In this document: piece by piece, positions 58,140-64,000 of the stretch
How the letters are laid out: each line of letters opens with the position of its first letter
How positions within the stretch are numbered: the stretch's first letter is position 1
NCBI GenBank assembly: GCA_035494735.1
Contig: DATJGS010000011.1
Location: 14,199-78,198 of the forward strand
Length of the DNA stretch: 64,000 nucleotides
Reading direction: 5' to 3'
DNA from: Candidatus Saccharimonadaceae bacterium
GTDB taxonomy: Bacteria > Eisenbacteria > RBG-16-71-46
Translations under genes and position numbers: made by a program
The notes under the pieces: model-generated
Told to the model about the DNA's origin: nothing
The model's database searches: none
What the model saw: only the letters and a program-made list of their open reading frames with translations

Positions 58140-60119
58140 TCAGGCGGCGCGCTGCTTCTCCCATACGCGGATCGGCATGATGATCACCTGCACGCCGGTG
58201 AACTGCAGGCGGCGCTGGATCGAGAACGCGGTCTCGTGGTGCAGCGAACGCGTGAACAGGTTCTCGCGCTGGAACACGAGCTGGCCCGCGAACACGACGG
58301 GCCGGCGGAACTCCTTGATGAGATCGAGGCACATGCCCTCGAGCTCGGCGATGAGATCGGTGCCGAGCGTGAAGCGGTACTCGGCGTAGTAGCCCATGCG
58401 CTGCGCCAGGTTCACGTACTTCTCGAGATCGGCGCGCACCTTGTCCTCGAGCATCTTGACGTCGGCGACGCCCTTGAACTGGCCCGAGTCGACGAGGCCG
58501 ACCGAGCAGAACACGAAGTTCTTGTAGTGGCGCGGGAACATGCGCTGGATCGACAGCAGCGTGTGGATGCCCAGCCCGGCGTAGGACTCGACGAGCACGA
58601 TCGCGGTCGGGCCGTCCGTCGCGAGATCGGGCATGTTCTTGATCTCGGGCAGGGGCAGGTTCGTGAGCACGTCGTCGAGCGACGACATCATGCGTTTCAC
58701 GCGCCGGTAGTGCGAGCGCACGACGAAACAGAATCCGATGAGCGCACCGGTCGCGATTAGTGTGACCCAGCCGCCCTCGCGGAACTTGATGGCGGCCGTG
58801 GCGACGAGGATGCCGGCCGTCACGGTCGCGCCGATCGCCGAGACCACGAGGCGGCGGTGCCAGTGCTCCTGTTCACGGCGCGTGTTCCACCAGTGCCGCA
58901 CCATGCCGAGCTGCGACAGCGTGAACGTCATGAACACGTTGATCGAGTACATGACGATCAGCATCTCGATCGAGCCGTGCGTGTAGAGGAGGACGAGCGC
59001 GGCCGCCAGCCCCATCGTGATCACGCCGTTCTGGGTGACGAGCTGCTCGGAGAGATACGCGAAACGCTTCGGCACCCACTGGTCGACCGCCATCGCCGAC
59101 AACGTGCGCGGGCCGTCGAGGAATCCGGTCTGGGCTGCGACGAACAGCAGCGCGCCCTCGGACAACAGCGTGAACGTGACGATGCCCGGGCTGATGTTCC
59201 AGCCGCCGAAATGCCAGCCGCGCGTCAGGGACGCCCACAGCGTCGCGTTCAGCGTCTTGCCGGCTTCGAGGTGCACGTCGGTGAGCAGGTAGCAGAGGAG
59301 AATGCCGCCGGCCGTGAACGCGAGCGACGTGGCCATGTACAGCATCGTGCGCTTGCCGGTGACGACGCGCGGCTCGCGCAGGATGGGCACGCCGTTGCTC
59401 ACCGCCTCGATCCCGGTATACGTGCCGCCGCCCAGCGAGAACGCGCGCAGGAACACGAGCAGCACGCCGACCATCCCGAGATCGCTGACGGCCAGACGCG
59501 TGTCCCGGGCGGTGTCGGCGGTGATGTGCCCGAAGCTCGAGGCGTGGCTCGCGATGCCGAAGCCGATGAGCCCGGCGTGGCTGACGATGAACGCCAGGAA
59601 GATCGGCGTCAGAATCAGCACCGACTCCTTGACCCCGCGCATGTTCAAACCGGTCAGGCCGAAGATGATCAGGAACTCGATGCTAAGCTTCAGGCCCTGC
59701 CACTCGGGAGGGATGCCCGAGAACACGGCGTCGCATCCGGCCGCCACCGAGACGGAGATGGTCAGGACGTAGTCGACGACGAGGGCGCAGCCCGAGATGA
59801 TGCCCGGCGTCGGCCCGAGCAGTTTCGTGGCGACGAGGTACCCGCCGCCGCCGGTCGGGAACAGTTCGATGATCTGGCTGTAGGAGGCCGAAATGAGGAA
59901 CACGGTCACGACCGTGGCGGCGATCAGGTAGAACGCCAGATGCGTGTGCTGGCGCAGCTCGAGGAACGCGGCCTGGGGGCCGTAACACGAGGACGAGAGG
60001 CCGTCGGAACCGAGGCCTACCCAGGCGAAAAAAGCGATGAGCGCGAGGTTGTGGTGGATGCGCGGGTCGAGGAGATTCTTTGGGCCGCCGAGCAGTATGC
60101 CGCGCCATCGTTCGAGCAC
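58140..60119 (-). CDS. APC-superfamily permease with C-terminal cytoplasmic domain
   Basis: 659 aa. About 12 TM helices in the first ~440 aa, then a ~200-aa soluble C-terminal domain. Resembles APC amino-acid/cation transporters with regulatory tails. Confidence 0.7.
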   Translation of the reverse strand: MLERWRGILLGGPKNLLDPRIHHNLALIAFFAWVGLGSDGLSSSCYGPQAAFLELRQHTHLAFYLIAATVVTVFLISASYSQIIELFPTGGGGYLVATKLLGPTPGIISGCALVVDYVLTISVSVAAGCDAVFSGIPPEWQGLKLSIEFLIIFGLTGLNMRGVKESVLILTPIFLAFIVSHAGLIGFGIASHASSFGHITADTARDTRLAVSDLGMVGVLLVFLRAFSLGGGTYTGIEAVSNGVPILREPRVVTGKRTMLYMATSLAFTAGGILLCYLLTDVHLEAGKTLNATLWASLTRGWHFGGWNISPGIVTFTLLSEGALLFVAAQTGFLDGPRTLSAMAVDQWVPKRFAYLSEQLVTQNGVITMGLAAALVLLYTHGSIEMLIVMYSINVFMTFTLSQLGMVRHWWNTRREQEHWHRRLVVSAIGATVTAGILVATAAIKFREGGWVTLIATGALIGFCFVVRSHYRRVKRMMSSLDDVLTNLPLPEIKNMPDLATDGPTAIVLVESYAGLGIHTLLSIQRMFPRHYKNFVFCSVGLVDSGQFKGVADVKMLEDKVRADLEKYVNLAQRMGYYAEYRFTLGTDLIAELEGMCLDLIKEFRRPVVFAGQLVFQRENLFTRSLHHETAFSIQRRLQFTGVQVIIMPIRVWEKQRAA

Positions 60120-60199
60120 CGGGGGACTTTAGAGACTTGTCAGGTCCGAATCAAGGCACGCGCCGTCCACCCACATTCGGGAGCCATGTCGTGCGCGCC

Positions 60200-61789
60200 A
60201 TGACCTCGGGTGCGCTGCTGCTGCTCGCGACCGCGTCGCTCGCGGCGCCCGACGATCGGCGGCCCCTCGAGACCCGCATGGTCGGCGGCGCGAGCGCGAT
60301 CCAAGTCCGGCTGGCGCGCGGCATCCCCGCGTTCGCGCGGTTCGGCTGGGTGAGTCCGCCGGCCGAGTCCACGACCGCGGCGCGCATCGTGGAACTCGCC
60401 GGGTCCGGGATGAACCTCGCGTTGCCCGCGTGGCAGGACTCGGGGCGGGTGGCCGACAATCTGGCGCGCCTCGACTTCGCGGCGGCGTCCGGAATGCGCG
60501 CGCTCGTGTACGACGGGCGCTTCGAGAGGTTCCTCGACGTCTCGGTGGAATCCCCCGAGGGTCAAGCGCTGCTCGACTCGATCGCCGCCACGTACCGCGA
60601 TCACCCGGGCTTCGCCGGTTACTACCTGGGCGACGAGCCGCCCGCGTCCGAATTCGCGCTGCTCGGCGCGCTGCACCGGGCCCTGCGCGCACGCGATCCC
60701 GATCATCCGGCCTGGAACAATCTGCTCCCGCCCTATGCGTTCGCGACGCGCGACGCCTGGGTCGCTTACGTGCGCGCGTACCTCGACACGACCGGCGCGG
60801 CCGTGCTGTGCGACGACGAGTACGACTTCCTCACGAGCGGCGATCGGGGTGAGTTCGTGGCCAACGCCGCGACGCTCGCCGAGCTCGCGCGCGAGCGCGG
60901 CATTCCCTTCTGGAGCATCGTGCTCGTGATCCAGCACCTCCAGTATCGCGCGCTCACCGACGCCGAACTGAGCTGGCAGGCGTCCATGCTGCTGGCGTAC
61001 GGCGCGCGCGGCGTCGGCTTCTTCACGTACTGGACTCCGGCGCCCGACGCGTTCTTCCAGTGGCAGGAGGGCCTCGTGCGCTGGGACGGCACGCGGTCGC
61101 ACTGGTACGCCACGGTGCGCGACCTGAACGCGAAGCTCGCGGTCGCGGGCGGCGCACTGTCACGCCTCACGTGGTTCGTGACGCGCCACTCGGGCAGCGT
61201 GCCGGCCGGGGCGGCCGCGTTCGCACCGGACGCATGGGCGCTCGCCGTTCGCGGCCGCGCCGCGCTCGGCGAGTTCGCGGACTCGGCGGGGACCCGCTAT
61301 CTGCTCGTGGCGAACGCCGACTCGTCCAGCGCGCGGACGATCGCGTTGACCGTGCCCAACGCCGGCGCGGTCGACGCGCTCGACCTCGCGCTCGACCAGT
61401 GGAACAGCCTGACGACGACGCCCGCGCCGTCGGGGGTCACGGTCGATGTCGCGCTCGGTCCCGGCGAGTTCGCGCTGCTCAGGTTGCGCGGCGCATGGAG
61501 CGCGGCACCCGCGGCCGCGTCGCCGCGCCTCGCCGCGTCCCCGAACCCCGCGACCGGCGAAGTCGCGCTCGTGCTCGGCGATGTCCGCGATCAGGGCCGC
61601 ATCGAGATCCTCGACGCGGGCGGCCGCCGCGTGTGGTCGCGCGCCGTCGCGCCGGGCAGCGCCGCGTTCCGCTGGCGCGGCGAGCGTGACGCGGGCGGCG
61701 TGACGCGCCCCGGCCTGTACTTCGTGAGAGCCGAGGACGCGCGCGGCGTCACGGTCACGCGGCTCAGCTGGCTGGGGCCCGCGCGGTGA
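60200..61789 (+). CDS. secreted TIM-barrel glycoside-hydrolase-like protein with T9SS C-terminal sorting domain
   Basis: ATG MTSGALLLLATASLAAP in frame with ORF 60080..61789. Central YYLGDEP / GFFTYW motifs suggest a GH-like TIM barrel. Tail ...ASPNPATGEVALVLGDVRDQGRIEILDAGGRRVWS...GLYFVRAEDARGVTVTRLSWLGPAR. Confidence 0.55.
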   Translation: MTSGALLLLATASLAAPDDRRPLETRMVGGASAIQVRLARGIPAFARFGWVSPPAESTTAARIVELAGSGMNLALPAWQDSGRVADNLARLDFAAASGMRALVYDGRFERFLDVSVESPEGQALLDSIAATYRDHPGFAGYYLGDEPPASEFALLGALHRALRARDPDHPAWNNLLPPYAFATRDAWVAYVRAYLDTTGAAVLCDDEYDFLTSGDRGEFVANAATLAELARERGIPFWSIVLVIQHLQYRALTDAELSWQASMLLAYGARGVGFFTYWTPAPDAFFQWQEGLVRWDGTRSHWYATVRDLNAKLAVAGGALSRLTWFVTRHSGSVPAGAAAFAPDAWALAVRGRAALGEFADSAGTRYLLVANADSSSARTIALTVPNAGAVDALDLALDQWNSLTTTPAPSGVTVDVALGPGEFALLRLRGAWSAAPAAASPRLAASPNPATGEVALVLGDVRDQGRIEILDAGGRRVWSRAVAPGSAAFRWRGERDAGGVTRPGLYFVRAEDARGVTVTRLSWLGPAR

Positions 61790-62571
61790 GCCCGGGCGCG
61801 CGCCTGGCGGGCAAGCCGTCGGCACTTCGCGTGGCGCACTCGGCGTCGCCCGCCGCCGTCGGGCCGGCGCGTTCGCTCGCAGAAGTCGAGCGCGCGATCG
61901 TCGCGTGCGAGGCGTGCCCGCGCCTGCGCGAGCACTGCCGGCGCATCGCGCGCGAGAAGAAGCGCGAGTTCCGCGGCCAGGAGTACTGGGGGCGGCCCGT
62001 GCCGGGCTTCGGCGATCCGCGCGCGCGGCTGCTGGTCGTCGGCTTGGCGCCGGCGGCGCACGGCGGCAACCGCACGGGCCGCGTGTTCACCGGTGATTCG
62101 AGCGGCGACTGGCTGTACGCCGCGCTCCACGAGTTCGGTTTCGCAAACCAGGCCGCCTCGATCGCGCGCGACGACGGGCTGCGCCTCCACGATTGCTGGG
62201 TCACGGCCGCGGCGCGCTGCGCGCCGCCCGACAACAAGCCGACGCCCGCCGAGTTCGCGCGCTGCCGCCCGTTCCTCGAGGCCGAGATTCGCCTGCTGTT
62301 GCGCGTGCGCGTGGTGATCGCGCTGGGCGCGCTCGCGCACGAACACTGGCTGCGCGCGGCGGGCTGGCGGGATCGGCTCGCGCCCGCACGGCGTCCGCGT
62401 TTCGCGCACGGCGCGGAAGTTCGGCTCGACGACGGCCTCACGCTCCTCAGCTCGTACCACCCGAGCCGGCAGAACACGAACACCGGACGGCTGACGCGCG
62501 ACATGTGGCGCGCGGTCTTCCGCCGCGCCCGCACGCTGCTGGACGCCGCCGAGCGCACCGCGTCCCGCTGA
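61786..62571 (+). CDS. uracil-DNA glycosylase superfamily protein (family 4/5-like, Fe-S type)
   Basis: GTG start overlapping the upstream TGA (GTGA). Cysteine pair CEACPRL plus the UDG motifs VVGLAPAAHGGNRTGRVFTGDSSG and SYHPSRQNTNTGRL. Confidence 0.7.
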   Translation: MSPGARLAGKPSALRVAHSASPAAVGPARSLAEVERAIVACEACPRLREHCRRIAREKKREFRGQEYWGRPVPGFGDPRARLLVVGLAPAAHGGNRTGRVFTGDSSGDWLYAALHEFGFANQAASIARDDGLRLHDCWVTAAARCAPPDNKPTPAEFARCRPFLEAEIRLLLRVRVVIALGALAHEHWLRAAGWRDRLAPARRPRFAHGAEVRLDDGLTLLSSYHPSRQNTNTGRLTRDMWRAVFRRARTLLDAAERTASR

Positions 62572-62719
62572 CGCCTCGCCCGCGACGACGCGGCGCACGC
62601 ACTCGACGAACGCGACGCCGCGCACACTCGGCAACTCGCCGCGCCGCTGCGGCTCGAGCCGCGCGTTCGCGACATCGCGCTTGACAGCCGTCGCGACCGC
62701 GCGCATCGTGCGCCTCGAC

Positions 62720-62880
62720 AACTTCTGGGTGCCCACATCGCGTGGGGTAATAGGGAAGAGGGGTGTGAATCCCTCACGGTCCCGCCACTGTGATGGGCGC
62801 CCACGGAAGCGACGTCGCTCGGACGTTCGGCGACGCGCGGTCCGTACGGGGCCCTAAGTCAGGAAACCTGCCCGGAAGCC
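62720..62880 (+). promoter_or_regulatory. cobalamin (adenosylcobalamin) riboswitch
   Basis: GGTGCC...AATAGGGAA...GGTGTGAATCC...CACGGTCCCGCCACTGTGA ... B12-box-like TAAGTCAGGAAACCTGCC. Lies directly upstream of a TonB-dependent receptor gene, the canonical arrangement. Confidence 0.8.
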
Positions 62881-62993
62881 ATTCGCCCGTGTTGCTCCGC
62901 GAGAGAGCACGTCGGTGGTCGGCGTCCGCATGGCCCGTCCTCCCGAGTTCCCCTCGCGAGGTCGGGCCTTTCGATTGAGGCGCGCGAGACGCC

Positions 62994-64000
62994 GTGATCG
63001 CATCGCTCCTGCTGGCCGTTGCCGTCATCGGCGCGGAAGTCACCCCAGCCGATTCGTTAAGCGCCGCCGCACCGGACTCGGTGCGCGCCTCTGGGCCCGA
63101 CTCGCTGCGCGCCTCTGCGCCCGACTCGCTGCGCGCGGCGCCCGCGGACTCGGCGCGCGTCGCCGTGCCGCGCCCGGTGCTGACGCTGCCCGAGGTGCGC
63201 GTCGATCGCGAACGCGAGCGCAGCGAGGCGCGGCGCCTGCTGCCGACGGCGAGCCTCACCGAGCTGCCGGTCGGCGTCTCCAATCGCGCGACGGAGTCGC
63301 TGTCCGAGGTGCTGGCTGGCGCGGCCGGGGTGCACATCGAGCAGTACGGCGGGCTCGGCGCGTTCAGCACCGTGTCGCTGCGTGGCGCGCCGCCCGGGCA
63401 GGTGACGGTGTTCCTCGATGGCGCGCCGCTGACGTCCGCCGCGCACGGCGCGGTGAATCTCGCGGACCTGCCGGTCGGCGCGCTCGAGCGCGTCGAGGTG
63501 TATCGCGGGCTCGCGCCGCTGGGCCTGGGCGTCGCGACTCCGGGCGGCGCCATCCAGCTGATCACGGCGTCGTCGCCGGTCGCGCGCGAGGCGCGCGTGG
63601 CGCGCGGCTCGTTCGACACGTGGGAGGGGCGCGCCACGGGCGGCGCGGCGCGCGGCGCATTCTCGGCGCTCGCGCACGTCGGCTTCCAGTCTTCGCGCGG
63701 CGACTTCCCGTACCTCGACGACAACGGCACGCCGTTCAACCTCGCGGACGACACCGTGCACCCGCGGTGGAACAACCGCTTCGACTCGGGCTCGGCGCTC
63801 GTCACGCTGCACTGGACGCCGAGCGCGACATGGCGCGTGACCGCGCGCGAGGACGCGTTCCACAAGGCTCAGGGCGTGCCCGGCCAGGGCGCGAACCCCG
63901 CGCTCCATCCGCGGCTGACGTTTCTGCGCTCGCTGAGCCAGTTGGAAGCCGTGCGCGCGGGCGGCCGCTTCGTGCCCGAAGTGCGCGCCAGCGAATCGTT
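62994..64000 (+). CDS. TonB-dependent receptor (BtuB-like), 5' part; continues beyond window end
   Basis: Absent from the ORF track because it has no stop within the window. GTG VIASLLLAVAVIGAEV (signal peptide), a repeat-rich linker, then plug-domain motifs (SLTELPVGVSNRATESLSEVLAGAAGVHIEQYGGLGAFSTVSLRGAPPGQVTVFLDGAPL..ERVEVYRG). The minus-strand ORFs 62774..63865 and 63057..63908 are artefacts. Confidence 0.75.
   Translation, partial: MIASLLLAVAVIGAEVTPADSLSAAAPDSVRASGPDSLRASAPDSLRAAPADSARVAVPRPVLTLPEVRVDRERERSEARRLLPTASLTELPVGVSNRATESLSEVLAGAAGVHIEQYGGLGAFSTVSLRGAPPGQVTVFLDGAPLTSAAHGAVNLADLPVGALERVEVYRGLAPLGLGVATPGGAIQLITASSPVAREARVARGSFDTWEGRATGGAARGAFSALAHVGFQSSRGDFPYLDDNGTPFNLADDTVHPRWNNRFDSGSALVTLHWTPSATWRVTAREDAFHKAQGVPGQGANPALHPRLTFLRSLSQLEAVRAGGRFVPEVRASES
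63060..63150 (+). repeat. tandem ~24-bp coding repeats (PDSLRAS-type) in the N-terminal extension of the TonB-dependent receptor
   Basis: GCGCCTCTGGGCCCGACTCGCTGC GCGCCTCTGCGCCCGACTCGCTGC GCGCGGCGCCCGCGGACTCGGCGC encoding APDSVRASGPDSLRASAPDSLRAAPADSAR. Confidence 0.55.

Noticed and set aside
62681-62709. Possible sigma70 promoter (TTGACA at 62681) upstream of the riboswitch
   Set aside because: No acceptable -10 hexamer at 16-18 nt spacing (CATCGT/GCATCG). The promoter consensus for this lineage is unknown, so not reported as a feature.
63060-63150. Tandem direct repeats considered as a possible CRISPR/minisatellite
   Set aside because: Only ~3 imperfect 24-bp units without spacers. They lie in frame inside the TonB-dependent receptor coding sequence (coding low-complexity linker), so not a CRISPR array.

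Overview
High-GC (~70%) bacterial chromosomal segment with about 50 genes at near-total coding density. The long ORFs reported on the strand opposite many real genes are GC artefacts. Several secreted proteins end in a T9SS/FlgD-Ig-like C-terminal sorting domain, which suggests an FCB-group-related lineage (Gemmatimonadota/Eisenbacteria-like); this is inference from sequence only. Housekeeping genes recognised: ligA, polX, fabI, glpK/glpD, pruA, otsA/otsB plus a TreT-like GT4, a DUF47-pitA pair, a family-4 UDG and a hybrid histidine kinase with a coupled Hpt gene. A cobalamin riboswitch sits in front of a BtuB-like TonB-dependent receptor at the 3' edge of the window. Accessory/secreted content includes a large repeat protein (partial), a PQQ-type sugar dehydrogenase coupled to a heme-c PD40 propeller, a 1139-aa BNR/Ycf48-like protein, a dockerin/cohesin-like cargo and two tandem CHRD proteins. 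The CHRD pair lies behind an HExxH-peptidase-like/ATP-grasp pair. Unusual organisations worth follow-up: a Memo-like/BNR-propeller/MoaD operon; a trehalose locus whose genes are chained by GTGA start/stop overlaps; three unrelated enzymes carrying histone-H1-like basic tails; and three convergent gene pairs whose stop codons overlap by 4 nt. No rRNA, tRNA, CRISPR array or transposase/integrase was recognised. Start coordinates I derived by hand may be off by 1 nt.
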